From: Bdellovibrionales bacterium
GTDB lineage: Bacteria > Bdellovibrionota > Bdellovibrionia > Bdellovibrionales > UBA1609
Assembly: GCA_965199825.1 (NCBI GenBank)
Contig: OZ241329.1
Span: forward strand, 704,362 to 768,361
DNA: 64,000 nucleotides
Reading direction: 5' to 3'
A program made the position numbers and the translations under genes. Below, one piece after another: positions 1-9,456 of the stretch (within the stretch, counting starts at the first letter, position 1; every line of letters begins with the position of its first letter). Below the pieces are notes generated by a model. The model saw only the letters and a list, made by a program, of their open reading frames with translations, made no database searches and was not told the DNA's origin.

Positions 1-1647
1 CTTTTTGAGGTTGAACCTTTTAAATAAGTGAGACACCGAAAGTTGTGCTGATGCTAATAGGGTTTTACCTAAATCAATTTTATAATAAGAAGAGTCTTTG
101 TACTTGGCATCGAACAATTGGTCTTTAAATAAATAATTTCGAAGCAACACGGCCATCAGCCACTCGTAACGATAAAGAACTAAACCATCTGTATCTTGAT
201 TGCGCGTGCCTTGCATCAGACGGGTGAGGTATTTGCCATCCCACACCGCGGCCTCCATATGATCACTTGTTAACAGCACAGAGAGTTGCGATCCTGTTGG
301 GAGGCGATTCACATAAGGCTCAAGAAGCGCGATCAACAACATAGATTCGGCAACACAATTCCCACCCCATCCCATAAACGTAGATGTGAGATTTGGGTAA
401 TCCCGTTTGTAGTTATGTAGAACCGAACTAATTGCTAATTTTCTAATCTGATCTAATTTTGTTTGATCTAGAAGTTCGTTTCCTACAATACGAGAAACTT
501 GAAATTTCAGTCGTTCATAACCGCCTTGAATAAAGTCCATCGCCAAAAAGTCATTTTTATCTCGGTGGTCAATACCTTTATATTTTTCGGTTTGGAAAAA
601 TATTAACCCGTAATCGATCTGAGTCTTTTTTTGAATATGATCACGGACAGAAGCTACGATCTCTTTAAGATCAGCAAGCTTAAAGTTTGGACGAAAATCT
701 TTGTAATTTTCTAAACCGAAATTGTCTGGAAAGCTGGAATCAAAGGAATTCCATAGATTATTTAAAGTAAAAATCGTTGGTTCATAAGTCTCGGTTTTTG
801 TGACCCCATTTTGTTTCTCATCTGCAAGATAAAGTAAACTTGATCCCAAGCCTCCCGCATGAAGACCAAGCGAAGCAAATGCGCTCCACTGCAATCTTGA
901 CCGATTTTTTAAAAATGGGCTAATCGATTTGAAACCGCGAATCAGTTTTGCAGGCACTGCTACTCGACTGATTTTTGATAAATTTGGCAACTGAAATAGC
1001 GATTTGCCTTTCAAAGCTACTGGGCCAGCAACTGTAGCAGCCAAAAGATCAAAAACAAAGCTAACAACCGTTGCAGATTTCTGAAATGAAATTCCTGACA
1101 CAAGTTCACTCGCAGCTTGTCGGACCTCAGAGTTTTGATTTTTTAAAAACGGCGCAGCGATGACAAGTGTTAGATTATAATCTTGATCCGTTGTTAAAAT
1201 ATAAACAGCTGCCATTTGTAAGATAAATTTTAGACGTTGATTGAGGTCTGGAAATCTTTTTTCAGATATCAATACAGTGTCTAAGAACTGGCTTCGAGTT
1301 CCATTAAGATTGAGGCTCCCACGTGCACTTGGAAAATGATGAATCCCCGCCCATTTATAATAGTATTTTGCGAGATACCCCTCACTTTGTGCAATGGAAC
1401 CAAAAATTTCTTCTGTGGTTTTAAAATGACCGGACTCGATGGCGTCGGACCATACTTTTAAAAAAGTTTGAATATAAGCTTTGTTGGCAAGTTGTTCTGG
1501 ATCGTATGCTGTATCGTGACCCTCAAAATCTGCTGCGATAATGCCTTGGAAGAACGTGTGCGTGGTCTGCAGCTGCAAGTACGTATCAACCTGTGAAGCT
1601 TTAGCGGCACCGACTGATAATAGGCATAAAAAGACAATGATCTGCAT
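1..1647 (-). CDS. exported hypothetical protein, C-terminus cut by window edge (>=549 aa)
   Basis: Absent from the ORF track because it runs off the window. Hand translation of the reverse strand from ATG 1647..1645 gives MQIIVFLCLLSVGAAKASQVDTY (signal peptide). No stop in the stretches I translated (1-900 and 1500-1647), and the frame is open to base 1. The tail has GWGGNC, about 30 aa, then SDHMEAAVWDG, a Cys...His spacing reminiscent of transglutaminase-like/papain-fold cores (weak). Confidence 0.7.
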   Translation of the reverse strand, partial: MQIIVFLCLLSVGAAKASQVDTYLQLQTTHTFFQGIIAADFEGHDTAYDPEQLANKAYIQTFLKVWSDAIESGHFKTTEEIFGSIAQSEGYLAKYYYKWAGIHHFPSARGSLNLNGTRSQFLDTVLISEKRFPDLNQRLKFILQMAAVYILTTDQDYNLTLVIAAPFLKNQNSEVRQAASELVSGISFQKSATVVSFVFDLLAATVAGPVALKGKSLFQLPNLSKISRVAVPAKLIRGFKSISPFLKNRSRLQWSAFASLGLHAGGLGSSLLYLADEKQNGVTKTETYEPTIFTLNNLWNSFDSSFPDNFGLENYKDFRPNFKLADLKEIVASVRDHIQKKTQIDYGLIFFQTEKYKGIDHRDKNDFLAMDFIQGGYERLKFQVSRIVGNELLDQTKLDQIRKLAISSVLHNYKRDYPNLTSTFMGWGGNCVAESMLLIALLEPYVNRLPTGSQLSVLLTSDHMEAAVWDGKYLTRLMQGTRNQDTDGLVLYRYEWLMAVLLRNYLFKDQLFDAKYKDSSYYKIDLGKTLLASAQLSVSHLFKRFNLKK

Positions 1648-1800
1648 AAGTTCTCCCCATATTCGGATTTGCAAATTGAAAGCCTCTTGATTGCGAGCAC
1701 TTGTACAATAAATTTAAATGGTTAGTATCGAGTAAATCCCGTGTGACAAAAATTGTTTGACGTTGAAATAAGCTTTAGACACAAAAAATAAGGGGGTTTT

Positions 1801-2400
1801 ATGAAGAGGTATTCGAAACAGATTACGTTAGCATTGGTAGGAGCAGCTTTGATTGTTTTTTTATGTAAACAAAAAATGATGGAGACGCAGAATTCGAGTT
1901 ATAACTCAAGTCCAGGCACCGAGCCACACTGCCTAAAGGACAACAGCAATTCAGTAATTAATTTTGCTGCTTTTGTAGATCCTCTTATTGTAGCACAAAA
2001 TGATCCAAAAATACGTCAATTAGAATTTAGAACAGTAGTAGTTTCGAATCGCGAAATTGATTCTATTTTAGGTATCATCGAAATAGATCTTCCGGGCGAA
2101 GAGAGTTGCACAGGTCCATCTACATCTCGTTATCCATACCCATCTGCCACATCATTTGAATATCAATCTCAATCGGCTAGTGGCGACAGGAATTGTTACA
2201 ATCAAATTGCGCATTACTTTGTCTTTGAAGTTGAACTCAATGACGGAAAGAAAATTGCGCGTTATCGCACTGGCGATTATCGTTACAATGGCGGAGATAT
2301 CAACTCAGTCTGGCAAACACAAAATGATAGCAGAGACATGTTGAGCCGGCTGCAATCGGTGGTCAATATCGCTTATAAAGTAAGAGATCGATGCAATTGA
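1801..2400 (+). CDS. hypothetical membrane-anchored or exported protein
   Basis: 199-aa ORF with the purine-rich run aagggggtttt directly before the ATG. N-terminal hydrophobic segment ITLALVGAALIVFLC. No recognisable family. Confidence 0.55.
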   Translation: MKRYSKQITLALVGAALIVFLCKQKMMETQNSSYNSSPGTEPHCLKDNSNSVINFAAFVDPLIVAQNDPKIRQLEFRTVVVSNREIDSILGIIEIDLPGEESCTGPSTSRYPYPSATSFEYQSQSASGDRNCYNQIAHYFVFEVELNDGKKIARYRTGDYRYNGGDINSVWQTQNDSRDMLSRLQSVVNIAYKVRDRCN

Positions 2401-2478
2401 TATCGCGATCCTACCCAAAACCCAAACCTTTGAAGAGGTAGGAGATCAATATGGCTGGCTTCATGCTATTCTTCACTG

Positions 2479-3861
2479 ATGCAAAATATTTTTTTTATTT
2501 TTATTTTATGCAGTTCCTTCAGCTTTGCGGCTGATAACGGAAGCGGGACATCGCCCTTCACACCACAAGAAATCAAACAACGAGATCAAATCTTAAATCA
2601 AAAAAAAATTGCTTTCGTGATTGGCGGTGGTGGTGAGCCAGCAGGAGATAAAACGTTATTCGACACATCACTTCAAAATACTCTGCGCGCGCTCAAGGAA
2701 AGTAGCTATACCACTTTAGCAAGTTTTAATGGGGGCCACGCCAACACCGAAGCTATTTTAAACAATCAATTGCCCTCAGAGTTTTCAACCTTTACCAATC
2801 AAAATGTGTTGAGTCAGATTCATATTCTTGAATCTGTTATACAAAAAAATCAGCTTGCTTCGGGTGCTCAGTTGATTATTTTTATAAATGGCCATGGATT
2901 TCCAAAAGCCGATTCGGATTTGTCTCACCAAATAGCAACTGACGAAACTCCAAATAAAAATTTCCCGGTCGATGCGCTCACAAATCTGCAGGCTTTGGCC
3001 AAGAGCAAAAAAATCAAACTCGCCATCATAGATCAAGGTTGTTATTCGGGAGCTACCCAAGTGCTTGCAGACGACAACACCTGCGTCATCTCGGCAGCTT
3101 CGGCAACAACTGTTGCATATTCCGATTTTGGTCAAAAATTTGGCCAAGCGATGAAACCCGGAAAATCTTTAGAAGATGTTTTTCTCGAAACCCGGCGTGA
3201 TTTAAAGCAACCAGGTCTGCCCGAAATAAGCACTCCTGCAGGAGAAGCCGCCATAAATTCAGTGAGCCAACTTCAGATCAATCTAGAGTCTTATGTTGGT
3301 GATGTTAAAAAACAATGTGATCCAATGAACCAAACTCAGTTGAGCAAAAATATTTCGGCGGTGATGGCTGCGGTTCAAACTGAAGTTCCAATGTCGAGAC
3401 TCGAATCCTTCACACTTAAACGTCAATTTGAAATCAATCTTGCTTCTTACCAAAAAGCCCATCAAGAGGCGATCGAGCTTGCAAATTTTGCCGAAGAAGA
3501 AATTAAATTAGATCAACTTGAAGTGAGTCACCGTGATCTAGCCGAACTCGAATCACTTGTAAGGTTGGCAAAAAATAAGATCAATAAACTGGAGAAACCT
3601 GAGAGCAATTATTTCGCCTCCATCGTTGCTGGAGAAGATCGTTTAAGAGCCGAGCGCAGTCGACTAATCGAAAACGATCCAAAATTTAAAAATTATGTTG
3701 AAAAAACTAAGAGCGATCCATTTCATCTCTCGCAAGTCGATCAGAAGTTGTATGATCTTGCATCACAAATTTCTCCGACAGAACGCAAAATCTACGACAT
3801 CGAATATCGAAACAATCTTAAAAAAGAAAGCAAATCCGCATGCTCCGATTTTATACTTTAG
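2479..3861 (+). CDS. exported clan-CD (legumain/C13-like) cysteine peptidase domain with C-terminal coiled-coil region
   Basis: Signal peptide MQNIFFIFILCSSFSFAAD. His-Gly motif LIIFINGHGFP and Cys motif AIIDQGCYSGA in the order and spacing typical of C13/caspase-fold peptidases. The C-terminal ~170 aa is heptad-like and charged. Confidence 0.55.
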   Translation: MQNIFFIFILCSSFSFAADNGSGTSPFTPQEIKQRDQILNQKKIAFVIGGGGEPAGDKTLFDTSLQNTLRALKESSYTTLASFNGGHANTEAILNNQLPSEFSTFTNQNVLSQIHILESVIQKNQLASGAQLIIFINGHGFPKADSDLSHQIATDETPNKNFPVDALTNLQALAKSKKIKLAIIDQGCYSGATQVLADDNTCVISAASATTVAYSDFGQKFGQAMKPGKSLEDVFLETRRDLKQPGLPEISTPAGEAAINSVSQLQINLESYVGDVKKQCDPMNQTQLSKNISAVMAAVQTEVPMSRLESFTLKRQFEINLASYQKAHQEAIELANFAEEEIKLDQLEVSHRDLAELESLVRLAKNKINKLEKPESNYFASIVAGEDRLRAERSRLIENDPKFKNYVEKTKSDPFHLSQVDQKLYDLASQISPTERKIYDIEYRNNLKKESKSACSDFIL

Positions 3862-4166
3862 TTATTTTTTTACTCCTCCATTCCGTCGCCTTCGCAACCG
3901 AAAAATATCGAGTGGTCGGACAACTCAAAAAAGGATCACAGATTGTCGTTTTTGAAAAAACAATAAGTGAAAGAACTCTCGAAATCGTTTTTCCAAAAAA
4001 CGTAAAGCGCGGAAAGCTCATGGCCGCGGCACAAATACTTTCGAATTCGACCGTCGAAGCTCTGGGCACGATCCATCAGCAATCTCTTGAGATCGAATCT
4101 CTTAAAAAAGGAGTTCCTGATCCTTTGCATGCCGGCAATGGTTCGGGGATGTGGAAGGTGAAGTAG
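3840..4166 (+). CDS. small exported hypothetical protein
   Basis: 108-aa ORF with signal peptide MLRFYTLVIFLLLHSVAFA. Its start overlaps the last 22 nt of the upstream peptidase gene on the same strand. Confidence 0.45.
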   Translation: MLRFYTLVIFLLLHSVAFATEKYRVVGQLKKGSQIVVFEKTISERTLEIVFPKNVKRGKLMAAAQILSNSTVEALGTIHQQSLEIESLKKGVPDPLHAGNGSGMWKVK

Positions 4167-4261
4167 GCTCGCATAGAGTAAAAATTTCGACTTAATCTAT
4201 AAAGCGTCTAAAAAGGATCTAAATTAAGGTGATTCCGCAGCCTCAATGGTAAGTGTGAACA

Positions 4262-4987
4262 ATGGTATTCATTAAAGTTCTCCTTTTGACCTTTTCATTT
4301 TCTTTTGTCCAAGCACAAACTCTCACGAAGGAACAGTGGCGTGGATTTTTAATTCACACCTACCCACAACTTAATCAATCGATTGATGATTTAAAAATCA
4401 ATATGGATTTTGTTTCGAAAGCGATTGCCCAGTATAAAATTTTGTCTCAAGCCAAATTGGTGAGCGACTCAAAAATTGCATCTCTAGCGAAGCGAGTTCG
4501 GGGTGAGAAAGATTTAGAAGCCGAAGTTGTCAAAACCGCTTTTAATGTTGGAGCAATATACCTTGCAGAGCTAACTGACCCTTCGGTTTTGCCATTGACT
4601 CCCATTCAAAATATGATGGTACAGGACATAATTGAAACTGTGGAGCGGCCAGCAAACCTCCATTTTTCGGAGAAGGAAACTGCGGCATTCTTAAATAGTC
4701 CATTAGGCACATTTATGTATCTGTTTCAAACGCTCTTAGCGGTCTCGCTGACCGATGAACAGTTGGACCGCGTCTCAGAAAACTTGAAGTTTGCCATTCG
4801 TGAACTCATGCCGGCACATAATCTGTATTTTGAGCGATGCAAGCTTGTTTTAGAAAAGGAAACCGCGGCTCAATTGACTTTTACCGGTAGTATGAATTTT
4901 CAACTTTTGGGTCAAGTTATGAAAAACCGACGGGAACAAGTTAGACCTCAGGTAAACGCCTTTTTAAAATCAGTCGAAAATAAATAG
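4262..4987 (+). CDS. exported hypothetical protein
   Basis: 241-aa ORF with signal peptide MVFIKVLLLTFSFSFVQAQ. No recognisable motif. Confidence 0.55.
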   Translation: MVFIKVLLLTFSFSFVQAQTLTKEQWRGFLIHTYPQLNQSIDDLKINMDFVSKAIAQYKILSQAKLVSDSKIASLAKRVRGEKDLEAEVVKTAFNVGAIYLAELTDPSVLPLTPIQNMMVQDIIETVERPANLHFSEKETAAFLNSPLGTFMYLFQTLLAVSLTDEQLDRVSENLKFAIRELMPAHNLYFERCKLVLEKETAAQLTFTGSMNFQLLGQVMKNRREQVRPQVNAFLKSVENK

Positions 4988-5114
4988 TAACTACTTATTG
5001 CACGTAATTTAAAATCATTGCTTTTTCATTGGGCAGTAGACCCCTATTTTAAGGTTACTTCGTTACATTCTGAGCAGCTTGAAGATTTAGTTGCTGGACA
5101 ACCAATTTCATCTA

Positions 5115-6110
5115 CTACTTTGTCGGGGGCCAGCTTAAATGTTTCAAAGCGTCGTCTAAGCCGAGCTTATGATTCTGATATTTCGGAATAATATCAGAGA
5201 GCGGAACGCCTAGGTCTTGAAAAATTCCAACCAAATTCTGAGTGACTTGGTCTTTCAAATCCTCTGTCAAAGCCCTTTGCTTCATGAGTCGTTGAGTAAA
5301 TTCGGTTCCATAACGTTGTTCTAAGAGATCGACTACTAATTTTGAATTTCCAGTCAGAACCGCCTCTTGAAAAATCTTAAAAATCTCAAAATAATTTTTG
5401 TGCTGAGCTTGCGCAAGATCTGAAATTATTTTGTCGATCAAAGTGACTTCATAATGTCCTAAAAAAAATCGAAACCCAGCTATGCTTTTCAGAGATTGGC
5501 ATCGAGGCCAATAATATTTATTTATAAATAGCTCTGTTAAAGAGGTTATTCCTTCGTTCAAAGCCTGACCAACTATCTCCAATTTGTTTTTGGAAAATTT
5601 TAATCCCGTACTCCCACTAATAAATTGGTTATCCCAATGATCCAGTACAGTTACCGAATCTTGTACCGAATGAATCATCTCATGCAGCAAAACATTGTAT
5701 CGGTATTCAATTGTTTCAGACCAAAGGACATCGGTCCAACCCGTTCGAGAATGATAGCGTCCATCAAAATTAGCATCAATAGGCAGCAAAAATCTTGTAC
5801 TTTCAAAACCACTGAGCCTGCGTGCGAAATCAAAGTTCAAATCTTTGCCAAATTCGATCAGACTTTTTTCGATGGCCTTTATTTTCTTTATGTCACTCCA
5901 TGAAGGAGTGACAAGTTTTGCACGCTCTTTAATAGACAAGATTTTAAAACCCAATAATTTTTTGCATTTTGGGATAGCGATATCGATATAGCGATCTTTG
6001 CCAAAGGTCTTATAATTAATTCGATTAGGCCCAAGCACCCGGAGCGGCTCTGCAAAGCTTTTAGTGCCTGCTAAGCCGAATACTAAAAATAGAATAAAGA
6101 ATTGGATCAC
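5115..6110 (-). CDS. exported HExxH zinc-metallopeptidase-like protein (gluzincin-like), tandem paralogue 1
   Basis: Signal peptide MIQFFILFLVFGLAGTKSFA. VLLHEMIHSVQ, then about 38 aa later ALNEGITS (HExxH plus a downstream Glu, gluzincin pattern). Clear paralogue of 6183..7145. Confidence 0.65.
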   Translation of the reverse strand: MIQFFILFLVFGLAGTKSFAEPLRVLGPNRINYKTFGKDRYIDIAIPKCKKLLGFKILSIKERAKLVTPSWSDIKKIKAIEKSLIEFGKDLNFDFARRLSGFESTRFLLPIDANFDGRYHSRTGWTDVLWSETIEYRYNVLLHEMIHSVQDSVTVLDHWDNQFISGSTGLKFSKNKLEIVGQALNEGITSLTELFINKYYWPRCQSLKSIAGFRFFLGHYEVTLIDKIISDLAQAQHKNYFEIFKIFQEAVLTGNSKLVVDLLEQRYGTEFTQRLMKQRALTEDLKDQVTQNLVGIFQDLGVPLSDIIPKYQNHKLGLDDALKHLSWPPTK

Positions 6111-6182
6111 TTTAGACCACTACCTTTGGGCTTTGCATGAACTTCATCGATTTACATTGCAATTATTAAGCCCCTCAGTCCT

Positions 6183-7145
6183 TTACTTTGACTCCTTTGC
6201 AGGGGGCCAGCTTAAATGTTTCAAAGCATCGTCTAAGCCGAGCTTATGATTCTGATAGCCTGATTCAATATCTTCTTTTGGAATGTTAAGTTCAAAAGCC
6301 AATCGGAATTCAGCATCAGCTTGTTGGTGCATCAGGCGATCAACAAAATCTTTTCCATATCGATTTTCTATCAAACTTCGCACCTGACTTGAGTCGCCAA
6401 TAAGCATCGCTTCAATAAATATATTAAAAATTTCTAAATAGTTCTTTTGCTGAGCTTGAGCGATGTCTAAGATGATTTTGTCGACGATTAAGATTTCAGC
6501 TCTATTATATGAAATACGTGAGCCCGCAATATTTTTTAGCGATGCAACCCGAGTCCAATAGTGCGTGCTAATAAATGTCTCGGTCAAACCTGTAAGCCCC
6601 TCGTGCAACAGTTCACCAAATTTTTCTAAATCTTTTGCGATGGTCATTAGGCCCAGGACTGCACCTATAAATTCATGATTTCGGCCATCTATTACGATCA
6701 CAGATTTTTGTACCGAATGAATCATTTCGTGGAGCAAGACTAAGTATCGAAAACTGAGCGCCTCAGACCAAAGAGCATAAATCCAACCATCTTCAGGAGT
6801 ATACACACCCGGATTTTCGGGATCGCATTCACGCAAAAATTTTATGCTTTTAAGACCGTTGAGTCGGCGCGAGAAATCAAAATTTAAATCATTACCAAAC
6901 TCAATGAGGCTTGCTTCGATGGCCTTAATCTTTTCGGTTTCATCAGATGTTGGTGCTGTTAATTTTGCCCGCTCTTCATCAGTTAATAAGAGTTCGTTAC
7001 ACTTGGGAATCTTGATATCAACAAACTCGTTTTTGCCTAAAGTCTTGATTTGGAAGCAATTGGGCTCAAGCAAGCGCAGTGGCCGCGCAAAGCTCGATGA
7101 AGCCACTAGGGTTATTATCAACAGTATGAGTCTCGATCGAATCAC
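6183..7145 (-). CDS. exported HExxH zinc-metallopeptidase-like protein (gluzincin-like), tandem paralogue 2
   Basis: Signal peptide MIRSRLILLIITLVASSSFA. VLLHEMIHSVQ and LLHEGLTG. The C-terminal YQNHKLGLDDALKHLSWPP is identical to the neighbour. Confidence 0.65.
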   Translation of the reverse strand: MIRSRLILLIITLVASSSFARPLRLLEPNCFQIKTLGKNEFVDIKIPKCNELLLTDEERAKLTAPTSDETEKIKAIEASLIEFGNDLNFDFSRRLNGLKSIKFLRECDPENPGVYTPEDGWIYALWSEALSFRYLVLLHEMIHSVQKSVIVIDGRNHEFIGAVLGLMTIAKDLEKFGELLHEGLTGLTETFISTHYWTRVASLKNIAGSRISYNRAEILIVDKIILDIAQAQQKNYLEIFNIFIEAMLIGDSSQVRSLIENRYGKDFVDRLMHQQADAEFRLAFELNIPKEDIESGYQNHKLGLDDALKHLSWPPAKESK

Positions 7146-7237
7146 GACAGCGCTTTATCCTTAAAAATGTATTTTGGCTCAAATGATTTTGCAAAATAGA
7201 AGCCTTTAAATAACGGCAAAAGGCCCTTGAGGCACAA

Positions 7238-8305
7238 TCAAATTTTGGTCTTGAGCAAATTCTCGCATTGATCATAACGCCTAAGATTTCGGCTGTAGTG
7301 ACTCTCACTCATTGCGATTTCGAGCAGTTTTAAAGAGGAAAGAATTTGTGGGATTTTGTATTCCCTTTCGAGATGATTTTCATTCAGTAAATTTTTTTTA
7401 AGAACTTCGAATTCGTTTTTGATCACTGTCGCAATTGCTGCAAAATCTCCGGCCATGGGATCGACTTCGATATTTGCTTGCATAAAAACTCGACTATTCA
7501 CCAGTCGATTAAGAGGTATTAGCAGGGTTTTCGCCTGTAAAACAATTTGAAGTTTATCAAACAGAAGTTCCTGTGAAAATCCATTCCGGGCCAGCAACAA
7601 AATGTTGATAAACAAAACTTGAAATACGGTTTCTTCTTTAAAACAGGTTTCGATATTCTTCATTAATTGGGCCACCCTCTGATAAAACAAATTTTGGTTA
7701 TACCAAATCTTTTCTTGAATCATCGAGCCATTTAAAAAATAAAGATAAAGCGCCGTCGCTTTGGGCTCAATGTAAGAATTTTTAAGGAGCAAAGTCAAAA
7801 AATCATCCTCGATGGCTTTGCTCAAAACTTGCAAATTAATCTGATCATTTTTATTTATGTTTTCAAGAAGTTCGAGAATCCAATTCGTCTGAGCTTCACT
7901 CCATGAGTAAATAAAGGGGTATTCCACATGGATATCTGGAGAAATAAGATTGAATAGGATGGCCCTAAAAATATCAGAACGGTCTCGTAGACGACGCAAA
8001 GGATGGGATTCCAGCGGTGATTGATCCGGCCCATCAGAATATTTTAAATCAAAAAATTCAAACAGATTTCCAGGATCATCATCAACCAGCGAAATGGTTT
8101 TAAATGAATCAAATCGACGTCGCATAAAAACAAACTTTTTTTCTACTGAATCTAGAGATTCGTAACCAAGCAACAAAACTTTTAAAATGATCCGCTTTGC
8201 CTCTATGGACAATTCTGCAGCTTTTTCAAAACGCGGCGAATAGACTGACTGGGCATTCACAAAACAAGATCCTGCTAGTAACAGCCATAAATAAATATAA
8301 CCCAC
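7238..8305 (-). CDS. exported hypothetical protein, family A
   Basis: 355 aa with signal peptide MGYIYLWLLLAGSCFVNAQ. Shares blocks with 10838..11875 (SVY after the cleavage site, LKVLLLG/LKVLFKG, PGNLFEF/PQNLFTF, SHPL/GHPL). Confidence 0.6.
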   Translation of the reverse strand: MGYIYLWLLLAGSCFVNAQSVYSPRFEKAAELSIEAKRIILKVLLLGYESLDSVEKKFVFMRRRFDSFKTISLVDDDPGNLFEFFDLKYSDGPDQSPLESHPLRRLRDRSDIFRAILFNLISPDIHVEYPFIYSWSEAQTNWILELLENINKNDQINLQVLSKAIEDDFLTLLLKNSYIEPKATALYLYFLNGSMIQEKIWYNQNLFYQRVAQLMKNIETCFKEETVFQVLFINILLLARNGFSQELLFDKLQIVLQAKTLLIPLNRLVNSRVFMQANIEVDPMAGDFAAIATVIKNEFEVLKKNLLNENHLEREYKIPQILSSLKLLEIAMSESHYSRNLRRYDQCENLLKTKI

Positions 8306-8557
8306 AACTTTTCCTCACCAAATTGATAGGGGGTGCTTTACCAAATAAAACAAATTTGTACACATTTTTATTCCGAACGCGATTACTAGATTATCGTCGC
8401 CTTTTCAGATTACTTCAAAAAGACTGCTTACTGTTTAAACCAATTTCATTTTGAATTTGAGGTGGGCCAATCATTCATACGGCTGGTGTGTCGATAGGCA
8501 TTAAAAGAATTTACAACTCTCTTGATCAAGATAACTTTGAACTGTAAGCGACTAGCT

Positions 8558-9223
8558 ATGCTAATAAAAATTTCTTTAATTTTTTGTGTTTATCTAACCC
8601 CTGGTTTTGCAAAAGAGGTGACTCTCTCAACAAACGAAGGGCGTCGTTTTCAAATCCACCTCGGTGAGAGTTATCAGTGGTTGAGTGGAGATAAGATTAA
8701 AAACCAAATCCCCGCGGTATTGGACCCTTTTTTTGAAATTGAGTTGGTGGCGATCGAGAGAATATTAGCATTGACTGGGCAAGTGCACTTTCGGGTCAGA
8801 ACTCTGCCGATAAGTGTTTTAAGAGATCCCGAATATATCGTCTACGTCGCAATTGAGATGGCCGATTATATTAACCAAACCATTGAACTCTCAAGAAGGC
8901 TGATTTCGGTTCAAAATCGAATTGCGATGATGACGCTAGTTTTAGACTTTTTGAGTGATCAATTTGAAATCATCGATCGACCACTGGTCAAACCACTCAC
9001 CAACGGCTTTATTGCAAATTATCATGCCTCTCAAACCGACAAATATGTGCGCAGGAAATTTTGGGCAAGTTTGTCAAAAAGTCTGGGGTTTATTGATCCT
9101 AAAATTTTTAAAAGCAATAGGTCAGACAAGTTTGTTTTGATGCTGAGACAGATTTACAATCCTTACGGCCTTTTTTTTGGGAAGCCGTCTGGATGTCAGC
9201 TGCAATTGAGTCTAAAACCTTAA
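8558..9223 (+). CDS. exported hypothetical protein
   Basis: The ORF track starts at a TTG at 8522. The in-frame ATG at 8558 gives MLIKISLIFCVYLTPGFAKE, a cleaner signal peptide. Confidence 0.5.
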   Translation: MLIKISLIFCVYLTPGFAKEVTLSTNEGRRFQIHLGESYQWLSGDKIKNQIPAVLDPFFEIELVAIERILALTGQVHFRVRTLPISVLRDPEYIVYVAIEMADYINQTIELSRRLISVQNRIAMMTLVLDFLSDQFEIIDRPLVKPLTNGFIANYHASQTDKYVRRKFWASLSKSLGFIDPKIFKSNRSDKFVLMLRQIYNPYGLFFGKPSGCQLQLSLKP

Positions 9224-9456
9224 TTTGAAGAACCAACTTCTGATCCTATTTAAATTATTTTAATAGACCAGCATAAAACGGCCATGAGCAATAGCGTCAC
9301 TCAGGCCTCCAACCAATACCCAATAGGGCGAGTCGAGTGGCGATTTTGACTCCAAAGTAATGGGTTTCGCCAAAAAATTAAAATGATTTTATCTGATGAT
9401 CTTGGATCGAATTTTTTTATTTACAGCACCCGCTGAGTTGTTATTGAAGTATCCAA

